23,282 nt of DNA, taken from NCBI GenBank assembly GCA_043812655.1, contig JBDRLW010000015.1:1-23282 (forward strand), written 5' to 3'. Shown piece by piece: positions 1-8,730 of this stretch. Within the stretch, counting starts at the first letter, position 1; every line of letters starts with the position of its first letter. The stretch comes from a bacterium. GTDB lineage: Bacteria; Margulisbacteria; WOR-1; O2-12-FULL-45-9; XYB2-FULL-48-7. Position numbers and translations under genes: made by a program. The notes below the pieces were generated by a model. That model was given only the letters and a program-made list of their open reading frames with translations, was not told the DNA's origin and searched no databases.

Positions 1-438
1 TTTGATCATCCTTATTTAATTGCCTTGGCTATTTCATACTTCGGTTCAGCTTTTGAGGAGAAAACGATCGGCTTTTATTTTTCGCAAGGCAGGGATAATA
101 TCATCTATGTGACTGTCAAAGTCAAGTCGCTCGGTTTTAGACATTCCCCCAGCCTTTGCGGTCTCTTCTCTTACGGATCAGAGTTTTTTACCCTTAGTTT
201 TAATATCAACCAGAAAAAAATGGAATTGAGCCATATAGCCACCACACTTCGGAAAGCGGGCCATGGCGGGAAAGCCCTGACAGCGCTTTATAATATTGCC
301 CGAGAATTATGGGTAGAAAGTATTCATTTCAGCGTTCATTATTTTAATTTTAACGCGGCCAACTTTTATGCTCATCTTGGTTTTGGCCAGCCCACCAACA
401 CAGAGCGGACTGACTGGATTGTGGACCTAAATAAATAA
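1..438 (+). CDS. GNAT-family N-acetyltransferase domain protein (probably 5'-truncated by the window edge)
   Basis: Frame is open from base 1. It carries a GNAT motif A-like segment (IATTLRKAGHGGKAL) and a motif B-like segment (NFNAANFYAHLGF). The stop overlaps the convergent MFS gene. Confidence 0.6.
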   Translation, partial: FDHPYLIALAISYFGSAFEEKTIGFYFSQGRDNIIYVTVKVKSLGFRHSPSLCGLFSYGSEFFTLSFNINQKKMELSHIATTLRKAGHGGKALTALYNIARELWVESIHFSVHYFNFNAANFYAHLGFGQPTNTERTDWIVDLNK

Positions 439-1563
439 CAACGCTAAAACAAAGAAGAGAAAATTGATCCCGCCACCAGCCTGGTATGGCAGTGCAAGTG
501 AAAGCGAATAGAGCGCTCCGCCAAAGATCGGGCCCATTATCCGCCCCAAGCTGTCAACCGACTGCATCGCCCCCATCGTCGCCCCTTCTTCCAGCGTGGT
601 GTCTTTAGAAATAAGTGAAGCTAGGCTAGGCCGGCAAAGGCCTTGTCCCATATAAATAAAACAGGCAGCCAAAATCAACGACATCAGGTCAAAGGAAAAA
701 ATGATCATGATCGAGCTTAAAGCGGAAATAAGCAATCCAATTTTGATCGTAAACCCTTCCCCCATTTTTTTGATCAGTCGGCCAACCAGCAAACCCTGGA
801 CGATCACGCCGCTTAGGCCCATAAAGGCAAACACGATCCCCGCTTCGGTCGCGCCAAAATTCAGCTTGTCTTTGGCAAAGAGCGAAAAAGTCCCCTCCAC
901 GTTGCTGATGGAAAAAGAGACCAAAAAGACCAGAAGAAAAATAAAAAGCATAAATCCCCGCAGCGAAAGGAGATGTTTGAAGCGGTTATATTTTATCTCG
1001 GGCCGCGAATGTTTTTTTTTCGATTCCTCAAGGAAGCGCGCGGCAAAGATAAGGTTAAGCGCCGCGATGCCGGCCGCCAGGAAAAACGGCGCGCCAAAAT
1101 GAAAGCGGGCCATTAGCCCGCCGATCGCCGGGCCAACAATGATCCCCAAGCCCATGGCCGCGCCCATCATCCCCATTCCCCCGCCGCGATCTTCTTCCGT
1201 CGTGATATCGGCAATATAAGCCATCGCGGTGGGAAGGCAGGCGGAAGAAAGGATGCCGCCCAAGATCCGCGCGGCAAAAAGCATCCAGAGTTGGGTGGCA
1301 AACCCGAACATCGTCAGCGTAATGGCAAACCCTGACAGGCCGATCAAGATCACCGGTTTCCGGCCAACACGGTCGGATAAGCTCCCCCAAAAAGGAGAAA
1401 AGATGAATTGCATCAGCGAATAACTAGCCATTAACAGTCCAATTTCAAATGGACTGGCTCCCATGTTGATAGAAATAAAAGGAAGGATGGGGAAAATAAT
1501 GCCAAAGCCCACCATTACGATGAACATCGTCACAAACAGCATCGCCACAGGCTGGTATTTCAT
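427..1563 (-). CDS. MFS transporter, DHA1/TetA-like efflux family
   Basis: Hydrophobic multi-TM protein with MFS motif A (GSLSDRVGRKP) and antiporter motif C (GIIVGPAIGG). Start moved to ATG 1563 (MKYQPVAML), because the ORF-track extension runs through a promoter and repeat region. Confidence 0.9.
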   Translation of the reverse strand: MKYQPVAMLFVTMFIVMVGFGIIFPILPFISINMGASPFEIGLLMASYSLMQFIFSPFWGSLSDRVGRKPVILIGLSGFAITLTMFGFATQLWMLFAARILGGILSSACLPTAMAYIADITTEEDRGGGMGMMGAAMGLGIIVGPAIGGLMARFHFGAPFFLAAGIAALNLIFAARFLEESKKKHSRPEIKYNRFKHLLSLRGFMLFIFLLVFLVSFSISNVEGTFSLFAKDKLNFGATEAGIVFAFMGLSGVIVQGLLVGRLIKKMGEGFTIKIGLLISALSSIMIIFSFDLMSLILAACFIYMGQGLCRPSLASLISKDTTLEEGATMGAMQSVDSLGRIMGPIFGGALYSLSLALPYQAGGGINFLFFVLALLFI

Positions 1564-1572
1564 GGGAATATT

Positions 1573-1581
1573 ATTATAGCA
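1573..1581 (-). promoter_or_regulatory. Extended -10 promoter (TGCTATAAT) for the MFS gene
   Basis: TGnTATAAT ends 9 nt before ATG 1563; no Shine-Dalgarno in between. Confidence 0.6.
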
Positions 1582-1624
1582 TTTATTAACGGCCGCGCAT
1601 CCTTTCAATAAGTAGGCAAGTAAT

Positions 1625-1753
1625 AAACTCAAAATTACAAATCCCAAATAACAAACAACACTAAAGCATCAAATCTTAAATTATAAACGTTTTAGTTGTT
1701 GGATATTGTGATTTTGGTATTGTTTGTTATTTGGTACTTGGTTCTTGGAATTT
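1625..1753. repeat. Imperfect inverted repeat with ~7-nt periodicity between the divergent MFS and glyQ genes
   Basis: Exact 15-bp arms CCAAATAACAAACAA (1644-1658) and TTGTTTGTTATTTGG (1720-1734), extended imperfectly on both sides. The left arm is A/C-rich and the right arm is T/G-rich, built of heptamer-like units. Confidence 0.75.
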
Positions 1754-1765
1754 ATTTCCACGCCA

Positions 1766-1774
1766 TGCTATAAT
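1766..1774 (+). promoter_or_regulatory. Extended -10 promoter (TGCTATAAT) for glyQS
   Basis: TGnTATAAT ends 7 nt before the GTG at 1782; no Shine-Dalgarno. Confidence 0.65.
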
Positions 1775-1781
1775 TTCACTC

Positions 1782-2633
1782 GTGAAACCACTTAATTTTC
1801 AGGAGATCGTGGCCGAACTCAATTCTTTCTGGGCCAAACAAAATTGTGTTATCCGCCAACCATACGATATCGAAAAAGGGGCGGCCACTATGTCGCCGGC
1901 TACTTTTTTTGGCGCGCTCGGCCCCAAACCATGGAATGTCGCCTATATTGATCCAGTGCGGCGCCCGACCGACGGCCGCTATGGTAAAAACCCCAATCGC
2001 CTCTTCCATTATTTCCAATATCAAGTAGTTATGAAACCGTCGCCGATCAATATACAAGAGAAGTACCTCGACTCGCTTCGCTCGCTCGGCATAGAACCAG
2101 CAAAACATGACGTCAGGTTTGTCGAAGATAACTGGGAATCCCCCACCCTAGGCGCTTGGGGAACCGGTTGGGAAGTCTGGGCTGAAGGGATGGAGATCAC
2201 CCAATTCACATATTTCCAGCAGTGCGGCGGCTTTGATTGCAAGCCGGTTTCTGTTGAGATCACCTATGGGCTCGAACGGATCGCCATGTTCATCCAAAAA
2301 GTCGATAATGTCTACGATATCAAATGGAATAATACCGTGAAATACGGCGACATCTACCTGCCGCAAGAGCGGGAACAATCAAAATATAATTTTGAAACGG
2401 CTGATATTGAGGCGATCTCGCTTTTATTCGGCATTTATGAAAAAGAAGCCCTTCGCTTGTTGAAAAACGGTGAAGTGATCCCCAGCTACGATTATATTTT
2501 AAAAAGCTCCCACGCTTTTAATATCCTTGATGCCAGAGGCGCGGTCGGCGTCTCCGAGCGGATGGCTTATATCTTGCGGATCAGGAAGATGGCGCGCTGG
2601 TGCGCGAAATTATATGTTGAACAGCATACTTGA
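1782..2633 (+). CDS. glyQ: Glycine--tRNA ligase alpha subunit
   Basis: Hallmark motifs [42 protein letters not shown] and EITYGLER. Start set to GTG 1782, just before the conserved NFQEI. Confidence 0.97.
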   Translation: MKPLNFQEIVAELNSFWAKQNCVIRQPYDIEKGAATMSPATFFGALGPKPWNVAYIDPVRRPTDGRYGKNPNRLFHYFQYQVVMKPSPINIQEKYLDSLRSLGIEPAKHDVRFVEDNWESPTLGAWGTGWEVWAEGMEITQFTYFQQCGGFDCKPVSVEITYGLERIAMFIQKVDNVYDIKWNNTVKYGDIYLPQEREQSKYNFETADIEAISLLFGIYEKEALRLLKNGEVIPSYDYILKSSHAFNILDARGAVGVSERMAYILRIRKMARWCAKLYVEQHT

Positions 2634-4671
2634 AATAGGTTGCGAGGAGATCCCGGCGCGGTTCCTGCCCGGTTTTCTTGAAGACCTCAAAAAGAAAGCG
2701 GAAGAAAAGTTAACGCGCGAACGGCTAACTTTCTCCCGGGTAGAAACGCTTGGGACCGCCCGGAGATTAACCCTTTATATCGAAGATCTTGCCCCCAAAC
2801 AACCGGATATAACGGAAGAGGTCAAGGGCCCGCTGGCCGAAGCCGCTTTTGACAGCACCGGTAAACCAACGCAGGCCGCGATCGGTTTTGCTAAGGCCCG
2901 CGATCTTCCGCTTGAAAACTTAACCGTTAAAACTGTTAACGGGAAAAACTTTGTCTTTGCCAAAGCCGTCCGCAAAGGTGAAAATACCTCCGAAGTCTTA
3001 AAAACTCTTTTCCCGGAGATAATCTCTTCGCTCTACCAGCCACTTTCAATGCGCTGGGGAAACCTCGATTTCAAATTTATCCGCCCAATTCATTCCCTAC
3101 TCGCCCTCTATGGCAATAAGGTCATCAAGTTTGAATTGGCAGGGATCAAATCAAGCGATAAAACTTTTGGCCATCGTCATATTCGGATTACGCGTTACCC
3201 ATTACGCATTACTAATGCCCTGCTCTCTTCATACAAGGCTACGCTAAAGAAGCTCGGCGTCATCGTCGACCAAAACGAGAGAAAAACACTGATCAAGACC
3301 AAAGTTGAAGCCGCGGCAAAAAAGTTGGGCGCTCAAGCAGCGATAACCGAAGCCCTTTTATCGGAAGTCACATTCCTGGTCGAAAACCCCGAAATCTATG
3401 TTGGTAAATTCAACTCTCAATTCCTAGAGGTCCCGGGGGAAGTTTTAATCACTTCGATGAAGAAAAACCAAAAATATTTTCCATTACTTGATAACGCCGG
3501 AAAACTCCTCCCCCGCTTCGCCGTCGTCACCGATGGCTGTAAAAATAAAGGGGTGGTAGCCGGCAACGAAAAAGTTTTATCGGCCCGGCTCTCTGACGCC
3601 AGGTTTTTCTTTGATGAAGACAAGAAAACCCCTTTAAGATCAAGGATCGCTGACCTCGAAAAAGTCGCCTTTATGGAAAAGCTGGGCAACATGCTCCAAA
3701 AAGCCGAGCGGACCGCCCGACTCTCTGAATGGATCGCCAAACGGCTCGGCGCCGACCCTGCGATCTGCCGCAAAATCGCCGAACTTTGCAAGGCTGACCT
3801 AACGACCAAGATGGTTTTTGAATTTCCCGAACTCCAGGGGACGATCGGGGGACACTATGCTCTCCTCTCCAGCGAAGATCCAAGAGTGGCTAAAGGGATC
3901 GCTGAACATTATCAGCCAAGATTCGCTGACGACACCCTCCCTGAATCAAAAGAAGGCGTAGTCGTCGCTCTAGCTGATAGGCTGGATACGATCGTTGGCG
4001 CTTTTTCCGTTGGTTACGTGCCGACTGGGTCAGAAGATCCGTATGGGTTAAGACGTGCCGTCCACGGCATTATCCGTCTCCTTAATGAAAAACAACTCGA
4101 CCTTTCGCTCGGTGAGCCGCTCGAAGTCGCCTACAAACTTTTTGCCGGAACAGCTCCGTTCTCTAAGATAAAACAAGATATCATGACCTTCTTCGTCGGC
4201 CGGCTCCGCCCGCTTCTGATCGAAAAAGGGCTCCGCTACGACGTAGTCGATGCCGCTCTCTATAGTTTTACCGATATCCTCAAGGTGATCGAAAAAGCCG
4301 AAGCCTTGAACGGGGTCTTGCGCGAACCGTGGCTGCCTGGCGTCATCGCTTCGGCTGACCGCCTCTCCCGGATCGCCGGCGGCACAACACTAACCCAAGT
4401 GAGCGAGCAAAATCTAGAAGATAAAGAAGAAAAAGAACTTTATTCCCTTTACCTGCAGGTCAAAGGAGTTGTCTCAGATTTTATAACTAAAGAAGAATGG
4501 ATTGCCGCCTCTAAAGAACTCTCTAATTTAACAGCCCCGATCGAATTATTCTTTGATAAAGTCTTGGTGATGCATAAAGATGAGCGGCTCAAGGCTAACC
4601 GCCTCGCCCTCCTAAAATCACTCGAAAAATTATACCTTTCGGTCGCTGATTTTAGAAAGATAATACCTTAA
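2614..4671 (+). CDS. glyS: Glycine--tRNA ligase beta subunit
   Basis: Motifs [73 protein letters not shown] and NRLALL. ATG 2614 overlaps the glyQ end. Confidence 0.97.
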   Translation: MLNSILEIGCEEIPARFLPGFLEDLKKKAEEKLTRERLTFSRVETLGTARRLTLYIEDLAPKQPDITEEVKGPLAEAAFDSTGKPTQAAIGFAKARDLPLENLTVKTVNGKNFVFAKAVRKGENTSEVLKTLFPEIISSLYQPLSMRWGNLDFKFIRPIHSLLALYGNKVIKFELAGIKSSDKTFGHRHIRITRYPLRITNALLSSYKATLKKLGVIVDQNERKTLIKTKVEAAAKKLGAQAAITEALLSEVTFLVENPEIYVGKFNSQFLEVPGEVLITSMKKNQKYFPLLDNAGKLLPRFAVVTDGCKNKGVVAGNEKVLSARLSDARFFFDEDKKTPLRSRIADLEKVAFMEKLGNMLQKAERTARLSEWIAKRLGADPAICRKIAELCKADLTTKMVFEFPELQGTIGGHYALLSSEDPRVAKGIAEHYQPRFADDTLPESKEGVVVALADRLDTIVGAFSVGYVPTGSEDPYGLRRAVHGIIRLLNEKQLDLSLGEPLEVAYKLFAGTAPFSKIKQDIMTFFVGRLRPLLIEKGLRYDVVDAALYSFTDILKVIEKAEALNGVLREPWLPGVIASADRLSRIAGGTTLTQVSEQNLEDKEEKELYSLYLQVKGVVSDFITKEEWIAASKELSNLTAPIELFFDKVLVMHKDERLKANRLALLKSLEKLYLSVADFRKIIP

Positions 4672-6232
4672 TTGCCTCGTCTCGTAACTTGGCCTGGATT
4701 TGCGGTTTAGCTTTAGCCAGGTTTTTTTCTTTCTTTGGGTCATTTTTAAGGTCAAACAAGGCCGCTTCTTGGTTATCGGTAAAATAATTTAATTGATAAT
4801 TGTCTTTTATAACGACCAGATATTTTCTTGGGGGGAGTTTTTTCTTTTCTCTATTAAAAACCCAGGCGATTTGATATTTATAGTTCCCGGTTCTTTCGCC
4901 GTTAAAACATTTTACCAGCGACTCCCCTTTTACCCAATTGGGCCTTGGGATATCAAGCAGCTCTAAGATGGTTGGGACAACATCTATTATACTGGAGGAG
5001 CAATTAATGTCTCGCCCATTCACTTGATCAGGTAAATGGATAATTAAGGGGGCCTGTGGGCTTTTTGTCCCCACCACAATTATTATGCTCTTTTCATATA
5101 GCTCTTTTATTTTCAGGTAATCAAGGTTGTTAGGCTCTGGTTCATGGATCCAAAGGAATAATGGCCGGCGCTTTTCATGGTTCAATATCTCGTGTATATG
5201 GGCGGCGGCATCATTTTCCTTAACAATATTAAGACCGCCAAAATATCCATCCCAAATACCATTTAAATAGGTATTAGCCTTTAATTCTCTCCGCATTAAA
5301 CGGTCATATCGATAAAATAGCTTCATCGCCAAATTATTGCCCTGGTTAGAATAAACAACATCGCCAAATTGTTTTATCAGTGAAGGTTCTAGGTAATAAG
5401 CGACCTTTTGCGGTATAACTGCCAGAGGCAAAAACCCATTTTTGCACAGTAAAACAGCGGCCGTTTTAGGCATCAATCGTTCCTTCGCTTGGCTTCTAGA
5501 CCAACCTGATAGATCAAAATTAGAATTAAAGAGAGCGCTTAAATTTGATCTTGACATCGGATAACAAGTCGAGGTGTTAGTAAAATTATAGCTGTTTTGC
5601 GCTAACTTCATTAGATTAGGGGTTCCCTCCCAACTAACCTGGTTATAAGGCAGATTATCGACCGTGATCAAGATCACGTTTGACTTATTGTTTTGATTTG
5701 TTCCCTTATCTGTATCAGTTTGGGCCATAAGATTAAGGCCTAATACTAAACAACCTAAAATAATGATAATGAATAGATATTTAAGAGGGACAACTATTTT
5801 AGAGAACAAAAATTCTTTTACGGCCTCTCTCCCCATCAAGAATACGATCGCTAAATATATTATGCCGGCCAGTGCCAATAAAATGATATAGCTGTCTTTT
5901 GGCATCACGGACGAAAACCAGAACAGCCTGACGCAATTGGCCGCGCCTACCAGAACAAAAGGGAAAAACATTAAACTACTCAGCCATAACAGCGCTTTGT
6001 CGCGCCAAGAAAACAAGGCGACTAGCGCGGCCATTATAAAGGCCAGCGCCATTAGCCCTAACATGGTCCCAGCAATAGAAACGATCACTCCTCTATCCCC
6101 CATTACCCGGCCAAGATGGGTGAGGCGAGGTAAAAGATCAAAAGAAAATAAAATCAGCAAATAAGAAGCAAAAACCCTAAACCAAAAGTTTAATCTTTGA
6201 ACTTTGCTGGTTGAACCCTTGGTTCTTTTCAT
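4652..6232 (-). CDS. Membrane-anchored sulfatase/alkaline-phosphatase-superfamily protein, apparently degenerate
   Basis: About 5 N-terminal TM segments, then NVILITVDNL, TPNLMKLA, FLWIH, PLIIHLP, IDVVPTILELL, GESL and LFDLKNDPKKEKNLA. The usual metal-binding DHG motif is absent. Confidence 0.7.
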   Translation of the reverse strand: MKRTKGSTSKVQRLNFWFRVFASYLLILFSFDLLPRLTHLGRVMGDRGVIVSIAGTMLGLMALAFIMAALVALFSWRDKALLWLSSLMFFPFVLVGAANCVRLFWFSSVMPKDSYIILLALAGIIYLAIVFLMGREAVKEFLFSKIVVPLKYLFIIIILGCLVLGLNLMAQTDTDKGTNQNNKSNVILITVDNLPYNQVSWEGTPNLMKLAQNSYNFTNTSTCYPMSRSNLSALFNSNFDLSGWSRSQAKERLMPKTAAVLLCKNGFLPLAVIPQKVAYYLEPSLIKQFGDVVYSNQGNNLAMKLFYRYDRLMRRELKANTYLNGIWDGYFGGLNIVKENDAAAHIHEILNHEKRRPLFLWIHEPEPNNLDYLKIKELYEKSIIIVVGTKSPQAPLIIHLPDQVNGRDINCSSSIIDVVPTILELLDIPRPNWVKGESLVKCFNGERTGNYKYQIAWVFNREKKKLPPRKYLVVIKDNYQLNYFTDNQEAALFDLKNDPKKEKNLAKAKPQIQAKLRDEAIKVLSF

Positions 6233-7515
6233 GTTTCACTCGTAATTTGGGCCGCTCTATTTTTTTTCATTTCTTCAACCATGATCATTACTAAAAAAAT
6301 AATCATTAAGATCGGATTTATTATGCTCATGATGCTGACGTCGGCATAAAGATAATAATAATTTTTGGGAACTAATAACAAAGCAAATAAAATCGCATAA
6401 TAGCGGCTGTTTTTCCCCGTTGTAACATCATTAATGAACAAAAACATAGGAATGAACAAAAAGACCATCCGATAACCAAAAGCTATTTGGGGCAAAAGCA
6501 ACAGGGAGAGTATCAGCATTGCCACTTGTTTCCATAACGGCATTTTTGTTTTAAACATGACAAGAACAATAACAATAAATATGCCCAAAGCGATCAATGG
6601 ATAGAAAAAATGGAAACTTGTTAATATCTCCTTAGCATGTTCCCCGCCAATCATCAGTTGTTGGGCCGGATAACCATCACGATCACAGACGATGATTTGT
6701 CCTGGGAACAAAGACAACACCCCAAAGAACAATAATTTAATTAAAGCCAATAAACTTGTGTTGGTCGCTTGTATCCGAGTATAAGCATAATTATGGACAA
6801 CAATTAAAGCGCTTCGCCAAACACCAAGGGCCGACCCGATCAGGCTCCCCTTCATAAATAAAACGCTAATAATGGACAAGATCCCAGTCGACGCAAAAGT
6901 TAGCATGATCGGGTGCTTTACCCGTTCATTCTTTTTATTTAAAATAAATAATATTAGGAAGATCAGCGCGTAAAGCCGGAGGGCGGATGCCAAAGCCAAG
7001 ACAACCAGGCTTAGTAAATACCATTTTTTTTGATAATAATAAATAAATACCGCCAATAAAACAAACAACCAGCATTCGGTATTCCCCCGGTCAAACCAAA
7101 AAAGAAAAGGATAGGTCATAAAAGAGAAGACCAACAGCGTATATGTTTTGTTAAGCCCTTTTTTGCCAGGCAAATTCTTGTAAATATATGACATCCAAAA
7201 CACTATAAAACTTGAAAGAAAAATAAACAGGCCTGCGTCACCAAAAAAAGCGAATAAACGCATTATCAAATAATTGAAAGGAGAGTAAGACAGAGAGTTT
7301 AGCCTAAATGGATCAATGATCCTGTTCGCTAATTGCGTAAAATCTGAAAACCTATATTCCGGAGCCAAAAGAAAAGTATTGTATGGGTAAATGTCTAGAT
7401 TTAATAATCTCATCAAGCCTTGATGAAAGATCAAAGCCATTAAAAACCCGGCAATAATTATCCGCCTGATTATTATTATTTTATCTTCGCTTGTCATGGG
7501 TTGTTGATCATCCAT
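6229..7515 (-). CDS. GT87/DUF2029-like (GT-C fold) integral membrane glycosyltransferase
   Basis: Polytopic protein with FSDF, YSPFNY and FWFDRGN segments typical of DUF2029/GT87. Start ATG 7515 lies 10 nt after the upstream stop; ATGA overlap with the downstream gene. Confidence 0.65.
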   Translation of the reverse strand: MDDQQPMTSEDKIIIIRRIIIAGFLMALIFHQGLMRLLNLDIYPYNTFLLAPEYRFSDFTQLANRIIDPFRLNSLSYSPFNYLIMRLFAFFGDAGLFIFLSSFIVFWMSYIYKNLPGKKGLNKTYTLLVFSFMTYPFLFWFDRGNTECWLFVLLAVFIYYYQKKWYLLSLVVLALASALRLYALIFLILFILNKKNERVKHPIMLTFASTGILSIISVLFMKGSLIGSALGVWRSALIVVHNYAYTRIQATNTSLLALIKLLFFGVLSLFPGQIIVCDRDGYPAQQLMIGGEHAKEILTSFHFFYPLIALGIFIVIVLVMFKTKMPLWKQVAMLILSLLLLPQIAFGYRMVFLFIPMFLFINDVTTGKNSRYYAILFALLLVPKNYYYLYADVSIMSIINPILMIIFLVMIMVEEMKKNRAAQITSET

Positions 7516-7525
7516 GCCATTAACT

Positions 7526-8725
7526 TTATTTTTTGACAATATTTCCCGATAATTTCCACCAGCGCCGCATATAGGAAAATGGCAATTGCCAGCCGCTGGC
7601 CGGGGCATAACGGGTGCGCATATAATACGGCGGAGGAAAAATAACATGGAACAACAGGCCGACCTTCTCTCTAAAATTCAATACGGGGGAGCCAATATTC
7701 CTCAGCGGATTTCTAAGATATCCTGATGAAACGTATAACTTAACTTCTGTCTTGCTTGGCTGAAGCTCCCTTGCCCAATCAGGCGCTTTTATCCCAAACC
7801 AAAGCGCTCCTAACTCCAAGCAACGCTTTAAGCCCAATTCTCCCTGCCAAGCACGACTTTTTTTTATAGCTTCCTCCCCTTCCGGCAAAGAAAGCTGTTG
7901 CGCTAAAATAGCAATATCATAAAGCCAGATCAATCTAACATCTTGGTTATGGGTGAACATCTGGTGAATAGCCAAATAAACCAGGTCATCAACCGGATTC
8001 AAAGTCTTAAAAACCAGCCTCTCTTTTTCTACGGTGATCGCTCGAGCTAAAACTTTTGGTAATTCACCCCTCATCCTTATCCAGCTGTAGGGATGAATAT
8101 CCCAATGAAGTTCAACCATATCATAATTGTGTTTTTTACCAAAATAATAGTATTGCTCGTCAGTATATAAATAACTAAAACATTCATACATCCTTGTCCC
8201 AGGTTTGTAGCCAATCTTAGCTAAAATATCCCTGGCTTTGATCACTTTTTCTGGCTCGACCAAAAGATCTATGTCCCCGGTCGGCCGCAAGGCTGGGTCC
8301 TTATAAATTCTCCTAGCCAATGCCACGCCTTTTAAGGCTAAGACCTGAATATCATTTTGCTCAAAAGCTTTTAATATCTCTTTCATTTGCTTGTCAACGT
8401 TCAATTGTTTCATCCTATTTTTTAAAAAGATCAAGCGCATTGAGTCGATAATTTCTTTTGGTGGCTGTAATTCAAGCGGCAAGAAAGATATCTCGTAAAA
8501 GAGGAGCGGGATCAAGCCGTGCGGACCTAAGAATCCCACAAGTTTTTTCCATTGATCCAGGCCAACTTTAGGCAGGACAGGGACATCTTTTCTTAAAAGC
8601 GCTAACAGGTAAAATAATAGCTCATCGCCGATCTCCAGCAGTTCATTGTTCTTGTCGCCAGACAAGGGGTGGCGCAAGTGAAACTGTTTGAGAGCTTCAC
8701 TGGTTTTGAGAAGGTTTATTGGCAT
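7526..8725 (-). CDS. Nucleotidyltransferase family protein (NTP_transf_5-like)
   Basis: Motifs LKGVALA...YKDPALRPTGDIDLLV, VELHW and RLIWLYDI. Confidence 0.85.
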   Translation of the reverse strand: MPINLLKTSEALKQFHLRHPLSGDKNNELLEIGDELLFYLLALLRKDVPVLPKVGLDQWKKLVGFLGPHGLIPLLFYEISFLPLELQPPKEIIDSMRLIFLKNRMKQLNVDKQMKEILKAFEQNDIQVLALKGVALARRIYKDPALRPTGDIDLLVEPEKVIKARDILAKIGYKPGTRMYECFSYLYTDEQYYYFGKKHNYDMVELHWDIHPYSWIRMRGELPKVLARAITVEKERLVFKTLNPVDDLVYLAIHQMFTHNQDVRLIWLYDIAILAQQLSLPEGEEAIKKSRAWQGELGLKRCLELGALWFGIKAPDWARELQPSKTEVKLYVSSGYLRNPLRNIGSPVLNFREKVGLLFHVIFPPPYYMRTRYAPASGWQLPFSYMRRWWKLSGNIVKK

Positions 8726-8730
8726 AATTA

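Noticed and set aside
1564..1781. Glycine T-box or riboswitch upstream of glyQ
   Set aside because: No T-box consensus or terminator was seen, and the promoter lies immediately before the start codon, leaving no leader.
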